A DNA stretch of 64,000 bases. Origin: an uncultured Desulfovibrionaceae bacterium (GTDB taxonomy: Bacteria; Desulfobacterota; Desulfovibrionia; Desulfovibrionales; Desulfovibrionaceae). Numbering within the stretch: position 1 is the stretch's first letter; the number at the start of each line of letters is the position of its first letter. Position numbers and translations under genes: made by a program. The stretch lies in assembly GCA_964372165.1 (NCBI GenBank), contig CAYJPT010000001.1, positions 1,106 to 65,105 on the forward strand. The letters run 5' to 3'. Shown one piece after another: positions 27,082 to 36,199 of this stretch. The notes under the pieces were generated by a model, which saw only the letters and a list, made by a program, of their open reading frames with translations, was not told the DNA's origin and made no database searches.

Positions 27082-28017
27082 TTATGTACGCAAATCACGT
27101 GATAAAAAATCTTCATATGTTAGACTAAGCCCGTGGTGCAAAGCAATTTTAGGTTGCCAACCAAGCTCATTAATAGCTGTAGTATCAAGTAATTTTTGCA
27201 TAGTACCATCTGGCTTGGTATAATCATTTATTATTTTACCTTTAAATCCAACCACATCAGCCACTAAGTGTGCTAACTCCATTATAGGTATATCTTTACC
27301 CCAACCAACATTTATATGCTTTGTTTCATTATAATTTTGCATAAGAAACAAACAAGCTGAAGCCAAATCATGTACATGCAAAAATTCTCGTCTAGGCTTA
27401 CCGCTACCCCAAATGCTTACCTCACTGGCTTGACTCATTTTTGCTTCATGAAAGCGGCGCATTAAAGCTGGTACAACATGAGCATTACTTTGATGATAGT
27501 TATCACCTGGACCATAAAGATTGGTTGGCATTACAGTAATGGCATTAAATCCATATTGCTTGTTATAGCTTTGGCACATTTCTATGCCTGCAATTTTTGC
27601 TAAAGCATATGCCTTGTTAGTTGCCTCCAAAGCACCACTAAGCAAATAATCCTCTCTTATTGGTTGAGGACATTCCTTAGGGTAAATGCAGGATGAACCA
27701 AGAAATAAAAACTTCTTTACTCCATATTTCCACGCAAAATGAATGCAATTGGTTTGAATTTGTAAATTCTCATATATAAAGTCTGCAGAAAAAGTATCAT
27801 TGGCAAATATGCCACCAACCTTAGCCGCACAAAGAAAAACAAAAGATGGCCTATTGTTTGCGAAAAAATCTTCAACCATCACTTGATTACATAAATCAAG
27901 CTCTATATGTGTGCGTTTTATAATATTAGTAAAGCCCTGTTCGTTTAAAGCATTACATATGGCAGAACCTACCATACCTCTATGCCCTGCTACAAATATA
28001 GGCTCATCTTTTTGCAT
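27082..28017 (-). CDS. fcl: GDP-L-fucose synthase
   Basis: IFVAGHRGMVGSA Rossmann motif and YALAK catalytic YxxxK. 311 aa with overall GER1/Fcl-like sequence. Confidence 0.9.
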   Translation of the reverse strand: MQKDEPIFVAGHRGMVGSAICNALNEQGFTNIIKRTHIELDLCNQVMVEDFFANNRPSFVFLCAAKVGGIFANDTFSADFIYENLQIQTNCIHFAWKYGVKKFLFLGSSCIYPKECPQPIREDYLLSGALEATNKAYALAKIAGIEMCQSYNKQYGFNAITVMPTNLYGPGDNYHQSNAHVVPALMRRFHEAKMSQASEVSIWGSGKPRREFLHVHDLASACLFLMQNYNETKHINVGWGKDIPIMELAHLVADVVGFKGKIINDYTKPDGTMQKLLDTTAINELGWQPKIALHHGLSLTYEDFLSRDLRT

Positions 28018-28021
28018 TTAT

Positions 28022-29488
28022 TTATCCTCGTCCATAGTTATCATCAAAGCGCACAATATCATCTTCATCAAGATATGAGCCTGACTGTATTTCAATCAAA
28101 GTAAGTGGTGTTTTACCAGGATTTTTCAAGCGATGCTTGCATGTAGCTGGTATATAAGTAGATTGATTTTCAGTTAAGAAAAGTGTTTCGTCTCCAACAA
28201 CAATTTCTGCTGTGCCGCTTACAACTACCCAATGTTCGGAGCGATGATAGTGCAATTGCAGCGATAGTGATGCACCAGGGTTAACTTCAATTCGTTTAAC
28301 TTGAAAACCTTGGTCACGCACAAGGCTTTCATAATTACCCCAAGGCCGATAGACCTTACGATGAAATGTGCCTTCTTTACGTTCTTGAGCTTGCATAGCC
28401 ATGACCAAGGTTTTAACATCTTGAGCATGCCTTTTTTTGGTGACCAAAACAGCGTCAGCTGTTTCCACAACAATCATATCTTCAACGCCTAAGGTTGCAA
28501 CCAAGCGTGTATCAGCGTGAATATAAGAATTTCTGGTTTTATGTGCAATAATGTCTCCACAACACACATTGCCTTTAGCATCTGCATCTGCCGACTCATA
28601 CAAAGCAGTCCAAGATCCAAGGTCATTCCAATAAATGTCCAGCGGTAACACAGCGGCCTTTTCGGTGTGTTCCATTATGGCGTAATCAATAGATTGGCTT
28701 GGGCAAGACACTAAACTTGCACTATCAGGTCGAATAAAGTCATAATCTTGCTTGCGTAAGTTCCAAGCATGGCGACAAATATCTAGCATATCAGGAGCAA
28801 ATTTTTCCATTTCCCACAATAAAGCATCTGCTCTAAATAAAAACATACCACTGTTCCAAAAATAATCGCCTTCTTGCAGCATAGTTTTGGCAACATCTTT
28901 TTGCGGCTTTTCTACAAACTTTGTTACATAGCATGTAGGATTTTTAAGATGCCCCCGAGTGTCCTCGCTACTGTCAATAAGATTACCACTTTTTATATAA
29001 CCATATCCGGTTTCAGCTGAGCTTGGCTTAATGCCAAATGTTACTAAAAATCCTTTACTAGCAGCTTGTGTAGCATCTTTAACAGCATTTACAAGGGCAT
29101 TTTCCGGACGTAAAATATGGTCAGAGGGCAAAACCAACAACAGCGCGTCGGGAGTTTCATCAAGAGCTGCCAAAGCACCAAGTGCTATAGCAGGCGCTGT
29201 ATTGTTTGCTTGTGGTTCAAGGATAATATTATGTGCACGATTACCGGGTATATACATTTGTTGAGCTGTGGCAGCAGCAAAAAAACGATGTTCTTCGTGG
29301 CAAATAATTATTGGAGCACCAACAGAACGCTCATGCGCACGCTGCAGGTGCTGCACACGCTGCAGAGTTTGAGTAAATAATGGTGGAGCATTGGCCGTAT
29401 ATTCCATAAACTGCTTAGGATAATGCGTACGGGACAAAGGCCATAAGCGAGAACCACTACCACCGCAAAGTATTATTGGATAAAGCAT
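28022..29488 (-). CDS. manC: Mannose-1-phosphate guanylyltransferase / mannose-6-phosphate isomerase (bifunctional type)
   Basis: N-terminal ILCGGSGSRLWPLSR nucleotidyltransferase motif and a C-terminal cupin with HRSEHWVVVSGTA. 488 aa. Confidence 0.9.
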   Translation of the reverse strand: MLYPIILCGGSGSRLWPLSRTHYPKQFMEYTANAPPLFTQTLQRVQHLQRAHERSVGAPIIICHEEHRFFAAATAQQMYIPGNRAHNIILEPQANNTAPAIALGALAALDETPDALLLVLPSDHILRPENALVNAVKDATQAASKGFLVTFGIKPSSAETGYGYIKSGNLIDSSEDTRGHLKNPTCYVTKFVEKPQKDVAKTMLQEGDYFWNSGMFLFRADALLWEMEKFAPDMLDICRHAWNLRKQDYDFIRPDSASLVSCPSQSIDYAIMEHTEKAAVLPLDIYWNDLGSWTALYESADADAKGNVCCGDIIAHKTRNSYIHADTRLVATLGVEDMIVVETADAVLVTKKRHAQDVKTLVMAMQAQERKEGTFHRKVYRPWGNYESLVRDQGFQVKRIEVNPGASLSLQLHYHRSEHWVVVSGTAEIVVGDETLFLTENQSTYIPATCKHRLKNPGKTPLTLIEIQSGSYLDEDDIVRFDDNYGRG

Positions 29489-29697
29489 AATAACTCTTAA
29501 AATTAAATGGTTATGTCATTATATCTGCATAAAACATAGTGCCTAATGTATACATAGTTTGTAACCTTATATAAATATATATAGCCTTTACATGGCTTAA
29601 TGCAAGACAAATGTATCTATTTAAAATTTAAATAAATGTTACCTGACACAATTTTAACTTTATAAAGTTACTTAGAAAAATAAAGCACGTTGCCTTC

Positions 29698-29776
29698 AAA
29701 TACCCCTTTGGAGACGCCAGAAACAAGTTCTGGCTTATTTTACGGCACGCAAAATTTTTCTGTAAGAAAAATTTCG
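29698..29776. repeat. Copy of the ACCCCTTTGG...TTCTGGC...TTTTACGGCAC repeat module with a downstream helix
   Basis: AAATACCCCTTTGGAGACGCCAGAAACAAGTTCTGGCTTATTTTACGGCAC, then AAATTTTTC-TGTAA-GAAAAATTT. The hairpin GCCAGAA-ACAAG-TTCTGGC shares the loop ACAAG with 8825-8843 but has a different stem. Confidence 0.55.
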
Positions 29777-29918
29777 TTAGTCGCCACCCTCATAATGCTT
29801 AATCTCATTATTATAATAAGTCTTCATATATTTAAACTTCTCAATATATATTACTGCAAGATAAAAACACCTCAAGCAAGCAATTGCGAAATAATATTGT
29901 TTAGTATATTTTACACCC

Positions 29919-30419
29919 ATGAAACAAAAAAACTTCACTCAGTATAAGCGAAAAAAAGATACCCTTGGACGCCCTGAAGAAGTTAAACCTGTGCTTGAAC
30001 GCTACTTGCGCAAGTGGGGCAAGCCTGGCAATGCTTTAATTATTGAGTTGTGGCAACACTGGCACATGGTTATGGGAGATGAAATTGCATCCATTGCAAA
30101 TCCACTTGGATATGACGGTGGAATATTACTTATTGGTGCTGAAGATGCCATGAGCGCGCAAGATTTGTCTTACATGACTTACGAAATACTTGAGCGTGCC
30201 AATGCCTTTATGGAAAGAGAATTTTTCAAAACGGTACGAGTTAGCTTGAACCTTGGACAAACGGCACTAAGTGAAGCTGTCAAATTTCAAGGGATGAATT
30301 ATACACCGCCAAAGGCTCCTGCCCCAAAACTAAATGGTAAATATCTACAGAATATGACAAATGATTCAGCGGTGGCACGTTGTTATGCACGCTATGTGGA
30401 GTGGGCAAAAGGTAATTAA
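29919..30419 (+). CDS. DUF721-like protein (DciA-like?)
   Basis: 166 aa with a basic N-terminus. Resembles DUF721 family proteins by eye only. Confidence 0.5.
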   Translation: MKQKNFTQYKRKKDTLGRPEEVKPVLERYLRKWGKPGNALIIELWQHWHMVMGDEIASIANPLGYDGGILLIGAEDAMSAQDLSYMTYEILERANAFMEREFFKTVRVSLNLGQTALSEAVKFQGMNYTPPKAPAPKLNGKYLQNMTNDSAVARCYARYVEWAKGN

Positions 30420-30530
30420 CAATTTACAAAATTAGATTATATTCAAGGCAGTTATTAGTTTTTTATATACAATGGATCAACAACCAAACTTTTGCTTAAG
30501 GCATAGAGGCACATTTACCTTAATCTATTA

Positions 30531-31337
30531 TTAGTCCTTTTTCTCGATGAATGATTCAGCATATTGCAGTAATTTCCTAGCTTCTTGGAAATCAGGATTA
30601 AGCTTTAAAGCTGCTAAAGCAGCAGCACGGGCTTTTGGCCACTTCTTCCAGTCAACGTACAATCTTCCGATGTTAAAATATAAGTTTGGATCGAGGCGTA
30701 AATATTTAGAGGCACGCAAATAGTACGTTTCAGCAATTTCAAATCGCTCAACTTTACGTAGAGCTATGCCAATTACATTATAGTATGGCAACATATCTGG
30801 ACGTAAATCTAAGGCTTCAGTTAAATATCGTATGGCCTCCTCATAAAGCTGTGCTTTTAATAATGCCTCACCCATATTACCCAAAAGTTCAGCATCTCGT
30901 GGAAATTCACGTGCAAGCGATGCAAATGTGGCTAGCCCTTTTGCAGAATCACTCCCTAATTCTTCAACTCCACGGTTGAAGTCTGCTTTTTTACGCTCTT
31001 CTCGCAGTTGATGTGCTCTTTCAGCTTCTTCTCGTACATGTTCAGCCAAAGCATCATGTAAATCACGCAAATTTGCCAATAAATCACGCTCTTGACCTGC
31101 TATATAGCTGAGTTGCAGCGGAAATAGGTTGCGCACCAAAGTGTCATTACTTATGGCAGCTAATGCATCTTCAATGAATTTTACAAATTCATTGCGTTCA
31201 GCCTTCATAAGTGGGGTGCTAAGTAACAAGTTTATGCCGTCTTGTACCGCCTGTACTGCGCCTACGGCTTTACCTTGTTTAAGCTGTGTTGAGGCTTGCG
31301 AAAGAGATTTACGTACTTTGGAAATATCTGCAGCCAT
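30531..31337 (-). CDS. Tetratricopeptide repeat protein
   Basis: The C-terminal half carries several 34-residue TPR-like units (AIRYLTEALDLRPD, ETYYLRASKYLRLDPN, AAALAALKLNPD). Confidence 0.7.
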   Translation of the reverse strand: MAADISKVRKSLSQASTQLKQGKAVGAVQAVQDGINLLLSTPLMKAERNEFVKFIEDALAAISNDTLVRNLFPLQLSYIAGQERDLLANLRDLHDALAEHVREEAERAHQLREERKKADFNRGVEELGSDSAKGLATFASLAREFPRDAELLGNMGEALLKAQLYEEAIRYLTEALDLRPDMLPYYNVIGIALRKVERFEIAETYYLRASKYLRLDPNLYFNIGRLYVDWKKWPKARAAALAALKLNPDFQEARKLLQYAESFIEKKD

Positions 31338-31654
31338 GCTAACTCCAAAATATTTTTTTATAAGGCTTCATATTATTTAAATAAATACTTCAAACATAAT
31401 GATTCAACATTTGTAACCTACAATAAGAAGATTGTCATGTAAAGTATTAATGTATAAAGCGTATGCGCCAAACATAGCTAATACTTTTTTACGTAATATA
31501 TTAATAGTCCATGTTGACAAAGAAAGTTATAAAATGATAGCTTGTCTTAGCGTCACTTGTTGGATATTGTGAACGTAAATTAGCGTATCATTAATACTTA
31601 CGGCCCATCATAATATGTGCCGTATAATAAATACTAAGCAAATGGAGAGTTGTT

Positions 31655-32041
31655 ATGCATGTTGATAGTGCAAGTTATTCCATGGAAAATGTTTGTTTGA
31701 AGCATGACAATGGGTCTGATATTGCTTTTCATGGTCGCCTTTTTGCTGAGTCTTCATGGTATGATGAAGAAAGTTCAACATTAACGCGCCAAAAGCTCTA
31801 TGTTACTGATAAAAATGAGCAAGTATACTATATTGTACGTGGAAATGGACCAGAGCGCACGCGCCATGCGTACAGGCTAACTGTCAATGGCGACTTTTGC
31901 ATCATTTATAATGGTAGTTCAGAAATAACCCTTCAATTTGACATGCTTATGTTAGCAGTGCGCCAACTATGCGGCCTAGATGCTGACGCTACACCATCAC
32001 TTTGTATGGTTGAAGAAATGCTTAAAGCTGCAAATTCTTAA
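31655..32041 (+). CDS. Hypothetical protein (128 aa)
   Basis: ATG preceded by GGAGAG and followed by a strong intrinsic terminator. No recognisable motif. Confidence 0.5.
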   Translation: MHVDSASYSMENVCLKHDNGSDIAFHGRLFAESSWYDEESSTLTRQKLYVTDKNEQVYYIVRGNGPERTRHAYRLTVNGDFCIIYNGSSEITLQFDMLMLAVRQLCGLDADATPSLCMVEEMLKAANS

Positions 32042-32061
32042 TATTACTTATTAGCTATTTC

Positions 32062-32096
32062 AAGGGGGCGGTATTACACGTCCCCTTTTTTTGTTT
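32062..32096 (+). terminator. Rho-independent terminator
   Basis: AAGGGGGCG-GTATTACA-CGTCCCCTT has a 9-bp stem followed by TTTTTTGTTT. Confidence 0.7.
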
Positions 32097-32154
32097 ATTT
32101 TTTTAAGATATTTTATTTATTTTTTAAATTTGATTGTACTATGGATTGGTCATT

Positions 32155-32652
32155 ATGATTAGAGTTTTAGGCATTGATCCTGGGTCCAGAATCACTGGCT
32201 GGGGAGTTGTGCAGGAAGTTTCTGGCGTGCTAAGCTTAGTTGATTGCGGCGCTATTAAAACTCAGAGTTCATCTAAATTATCATTTGCCGAACGCTTAGC
32301 CAAAATATACCTAGAGCTTAATAAAATAATTGAGCTTGTAAATCCGCATGAAGCCGCAATTGAGCAGGTATTTACAGCAAAAAATGCTATGACAGCATTA
32401 AAACTTGGTCAAGCCCGTGGAGTTGCAGTAGCTGCGTGTGCTCAACATCAAGTACCTGTTTTTGATTATGAACCTACCTTAGTAAAAAAATCTCTTGTAG
32501 GTACTGGGCGTGCAGACAAGCAACAAGTTGCATTTATGGTGAGCAGGTTGTTAAATACTAAAGGCAATTGGCTTGCAGATACAAGTGATGCCCTTGGAGT
32601 AGCAATTTGTCATTTGAGTATGCAACGCCTTAACAGGCACAAAAGCTTATAA
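32155..32652 (+). CDS. ruvC: Holliday junction resolvase RuvC
   Basis: MIRVLGIDPGSRITGWG, with catalytic acidic residues and a DTSDALGVAICH motif. Trimmed to the ATG at 32155. Confidence 0.9.
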   Translation: MIRVLGIDPGSRITGWGVVQEVSGVLSLVDCGAIKTQSSSKLSFAERLAKIYLELNKIIELVNPHEAAIEQVFTAKNAMTALKLGQARGVAVAACAQHQVPVFDYEPTLVKKSLVGTGRADKQQVAFMVSRLLNTKGNWLADTSDALGVAICHLSMQRLNRHKSL

Positions 32653-32708
32653 TTCAATAAGCATACTTTATTGATTCGACCTTTTAACTACTGTAATAAT
32701 TAGCTGGC

Positions 32709-32850
32709 ATTTAAGGAAATGCCCCGGTGGGACGCAAAAAAGCACGGTTTTTTGCTCTCATTCGGCGTGCAAAGTAGGCACAATTGCCTACTTTGTAAGG
32801 AAACGCACAACATATTTTTAACTTGTTGATTTATCAGCGTTTCCTTAATA
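32709..32850 (-). mobile_element. MITE-like non-autonomous element (TTAAGGAAA-terminated family) flanked by a 7-bp direct repeat
   Basis: The ends ATTTAAGGAAATGC and GCGTTTCCTTAATA are inverted repeats (11 of 14 match). An exact AGCTGGC flanks both sides (32702-32708 and 32851-32857). The interior is the inverted homolog of 15625-15748. Confidence 0.6.
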
Positions 32851-32884
32851 AGCTGGCTATTTATAATATCAAAAATGCTTTCGA

Positions 32885-33733
32885 TTATTGTTCAATGGCG
32901 AATATATTGCTATAAATAAGCTTTTTATCACTATCTTTTACTTCTATAATAAGTTGTGCATTAAAAAGATCATGCTCTTGCACTATATCAGCAAAAAAAA
33001 CTGCTTTCTTCCAACGTAAAATTTTATAGCTACCAACATTATTCGGAGTTAATGTTAAAGGCACTGTATCGCCAGAAGCTAAGCTCAAAATACAAAAAAC
33101 AGTGCCCGAAAGACTAGTTTCACCAGGATTACGCAAGTCCAATGAGATCCTTAACCTTCTTGGCGCAATCAATCGACTTTGTACATTTTCTACTAAGATT
33201 ACTCCAACATCTACAACAGGGAATTCCTCATGCCCCGGACCATCTTGTAGTACTGCCTCATCCACTTCTACATCCGGACCATGCTCTGTTATTTGCTCAG
33301 TAATCTTTTTCGTAGTATCTTCATTTTCTACTTTCTTGACAGCGCTATTTTTTTCTTCAGCCTTGCCTTGCTTGCTTTCATTGTTCGCAACATTATCTTG
33401 CAAATTAAATTGATTTTGCGCGATTCTGCCTTCAATATTAGTATCATGTTCAAGTAAGGCTTCAAGGGTGGTCAAGCGTTTTACTGTAAACTCATTTTCT
33501 TTATTAATATTTTCTAAGCTTAAATTTTTCTGTTTCAGCAATACATTATCTTGCCATAAAATATAAGCGCCCCACCCAACAAAACCTGCTATTATAGGAA
33601 AAAGCAAGAATAAAACTACAGTAGTATAAAACAAAGAGCGTCGGACACGATAGCGTTTAGTTTCACCACTATCGCGCATTATTAACAAATTTAATTTTTC
33701 ACCTGATACACTCATGCTTTTTACCTTCAACAT
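32885..33733 (-). CDS. Membrane-anchored hypothetical protein
   Basis: 282 aa with a single TM segment (LFYTTVVLFLLFPIIAGFVGWGAYILW), a coiled-coil/acidic linker and a C-terminal beta-rich domain. Its start overlaps the stop of the upstream L,D-transpeptidase gene by 1 nt. Confidence 0.5.
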   Translation of the reverse strand: MLKVKSMSVSGEKLNLLIMRDSGETKRYRVRRSLFYTTVVLFLLFPIIAGFVGWGAYILWQDNVLLKQKNLSLENINKENEFTVKRLTTLEALLEHDTNIEGRIAQNQFNLQDNVANNESKQGKAEEKNSAVKKVENEDTTKKITEQITEHGPDVEVDEAVLQDGPGHEEFPVVDVGVILVENVQSRLIAPRRLRISLDLRNPGETSLSGTVFCILSLASGDTVPLTLTPNNVGSYKILRWKKAVFFADIVQEHDLFNAQLIIEVKDSDKKLIYSNIFAIEQ

Positions 33734-35613
33734 TAATCAGTTGGTGATGCCGCCCATTCTTCAAGTACTATGCGCCAGCTATCGCCATGTGGCGCAAGAA
33801 TAAGAGTTTTTGTACCCTTATCACCTTTATTATTCTTATCACGGTATACTTGCATCATATCAGCACGCACACCTCTATCATCAAGCTGCACCCTAAGTCC
33901 ACTGAGTTTAATTTCTGCAGGGGACGCATTGGCCCATAAGGCTTGTTTTTGCGCTGCAATGGCGGCCTTATCTCTTGCACCTTGTTTTGCATTTGGTGCA
34001 TAATATGTCATGTAAGCTTTAACATTTGCAGCAAGCCAATCGGCACGCCAAGATGTAACAAATTTTGAAATTGAGGTGCTTATTTTTTCAAGGTATGCAG
34101 CCTCCATACCCAAGCGTTTTGACTTCCACTCAGAGCCTACAATTTTCCACCTATTTTTATCATCAAGCTGCCAATAAAGGTACTCTTCACCTTCTATTAC
34201 CTTTTTACCGGGTATATATATCAACCGCTTGCCAATAGTTAGCAAACTATCACCTCGCACAACCATTTGTACCTTACCGCTTATCATATCCAACCACGGT
34301 GCTTTAAAGTAAACATCCATAGCATTTTTAAGCTCTGCAATATTTGCCGCCGGTACATTACGTACTTTGCCATATTTTCCAGTATTATAAAAACCATAAA
34401 ATGTTTTAGCATCTTTTGCTTGCCACGCTTTTGAGCGTGCATCGACATTTTTTTGGATAGTAGCAGAAACTTCGCTTGTTAAAATTATCCTGCCTTGAGC
34501 ATTTACACTTGCTTGTGCCACCTGACTTTGCTTTGGTTTAGTAGCTTGTTCTACATTTTCTTCTGTTTCAGGCATTGAAAGAGGCGGTGGAACCGGCACT
34601 TCTTTTTGTACATCTGACGGTAAGGCATCGCTAACAATTGTTTGTGAAGCAGCCACAAGCTGACCTTTTTCATAAGCAGCTTGCATACCAACATTACGTG
34701 GTATCCATTCCATACCTACAATTCTAAACTGGCCTCCTTTATCACGCTGCCAGTAAAGTCTGCGTACACCCTCTGTAGAAAGGTTTGGTGCACGATAAAA
34801 CTGCTCTGACCATGTAACCCAATAACCAGGTCCTTCAAGGACATGGACTTCTCTATTAAAAATATTTATCCAAGCAAGATGCTTGAATAAACGCTCTTTA
34901 TTAGACTTAAATGCATTAAAACTTTCTGGCATTGCCTTAGAATAAGCACCTGCATCGTAAAAATCAAAAAATTTATCTGAGCGGCTTGCCCAGGCCCGTG
35001 TCCATTGCTCCATACGCAAACGTAAGTGTTTTGCTATACCTGAATCTTCCATGGGTACTTGTGAGGTATTTAGCGTCTCACCCACCACAACGGCCGTTCC
35101 TGGTAGAAGCATGGGCCCAACTTCAATAATATCTTTACGTTCAATGGCAATACAACCACGCGTATTTAATGGAATAATGTCGGCATCTTCACCCTTGCTA
35201 TGTATCCAGATACCATAACCTGTTTTACCACGTAATTTATCAACAGGATTTGGATAATTTAACGTGTAAGCAACGCCGCCATACTCTTTAAAGTCCAGTC
35301 CTTTAGCTATTTTATATTCAATAAAGTAAACACCTTCTGGTGTACGTTTATCGTTTACAACTTGTTTATCACCTAGCACCTGTCCTGTAGTGCAGGGATA
35401 ACTGAGTTTGAGTCTAAGTGGACTTTTTTTCTCATATAAATAAAATTTTTGTTCATTTTTATCTATAGCCACAATGCGCTGTGGCAAGGCGTAATCATAA
35501 ATACGCGCCTGCCAATCTTGAGCATAAGCAATTGAAAATGAGCCGCCAAAGCAACATATAGTCAAAGCCAAACTAAATTTATGAAAAAACGACAAGTATT
35601 TTTTATGCATCAT
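33733..35613 (-). CDS. L,D-transpeptidase (YkuD domain) with three tandem C-terminal repeat domains
   Basis: Signal peptide. YkuD catalytic region GIWIHSKGED...NTRGCIAIERKD (His...Cys). Three ~110-aa repeats follow, each ending in a W(R/K)IVG(M/S)EW-like motif. Confidence 0.8.
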   Translation of the reverse strand: MMHKKYLSFFHKFSLALTICCFGGSFSIAYAQDWQARIYDYALPQRIVAIDKNEQKFYLYEKKSPLRLKLSYPCTTGQVLGDKQVVNDKRTPEGVYFIEYKIAKGLDFKEYGGVAYTLNYPNPVDKLRGKTGYGIWIHSKGEDADIIPLNTRGCIAIERKDIIEVGPMLLPGTAVVVGETLNTSQVPMEDSGIAKHLRLRMEQWTRAWASRSDKFFDFYDAGAYSKAMPESFNAFKSNKERLFKHLAWINIFNREVHVLEGPGYWVTWSEQFYRAPNLSTEGVRRLYWQRDKGGQFRIVGMEWIPRNVGMQAAYEKGQLVAASQTIVSDALPSDVQKEVPVPPPLSMPETEENVEQATKPKQSQVAQASVNAQGRIILTSEVSATIQKNVDARSKAWQAKDAKTFYGFYNTGKYGKVRNVPAANIAELKNAMDVYFKAPWLDMISGKVQMVVRGDSLLTIGKRLIYIPGKKVIEGEEYLYWQLDDKNRWKIVGSEWKSKRLGMEAAYLEKISTSISKFVTSWRADWLAANVKAYMTYYAPNAKQGARDKAAIAAQKQALWANASPAEIKLSGLRVQLDDRGVRADMMQVYRDKNNKGDKGTKTLILAPHGDSWRIVLEEWAASPTD

Positions 35614-35626
35614 AGTCTACTCGCAA

Positions 35627-36187
35627 TTATTTTCTGCCAAGTTCAACTAACTCTTCACGGGTAAAAAGGGCCAAAAGCTCATAACCTGCATCTTTTAAAA
35701 TTTCGCGTCCACCTTCTTGACGGTCAAGAATTGTGCAAACAGTAACTATATTTAATCCTGCTGCACGCACACGCTCACAAGCTTTTAGTAATGAGCCACC
35801 AGTTGTAACAACATCTTCAAGCATAGCCACAGCATCACCTGTATTAAAATTACCAAGACCCTCTACATATTGACCTGTACCGTGCCCTTTAGCCTCCTTG
35901 CGTACCAATAAACCTGCTAAAGGTCGACCAAGTTCATGCGAAATTACCGTTGTGGATGAAACCAAGGGGTCAGCCCCAAGAGTCATACCACCAACACCCT
36001 TAATATCAACATTGGCCAGTAATTTATTAAAAAGTGAACCTATAAGCCAAGACCCCTCAGGATGCAAAGCTGTAACTCGGCAGTCAAAATAATAATCACT
36101 ACGGCGGCCGGAAGATAAAACAAAATCTCCCTCACGATATGATTTTTCAATCAAAATGCGCGCTAGGCGTTTTTTTAAGTCTTGCAT
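35627..36187 (-). CDS. pyrE: Orotate phosphoribosyltransferase
   Basis: PRPP-binding motif VAMLEDVVTTGGS. 186 aa. Confidence 0.9.
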   Translation of the reverse strand: MQDLKKRLARILIEKSYREGDFVLSSGRRSDYYFDCRVTALHPEGSWLIGSLFNKLLANVDIKGVGGMTLGADPLVSSTTVISHELGRPLAGLLVRKEAKGHGTGQYVEGLGNFNTGDAVAMLEDVVTTGGSLLKACERVRAAGLNIVTVCTILDRQEGGREILKDAGYELLALFTREELVELGRK

Positions 36188-36199
36188 AATATTTTCTTT

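Noticed and set aside
29690-29947. 85-aa track ORF in the manC / DUF721 intergenic region
   Set aside because: Its 5' part is the repeat module, and the homologous copy at 26473-26523 has an in-frame stop. The rest is AT-rich promoter DNA, and it overlaps the real DUF721 gene start.
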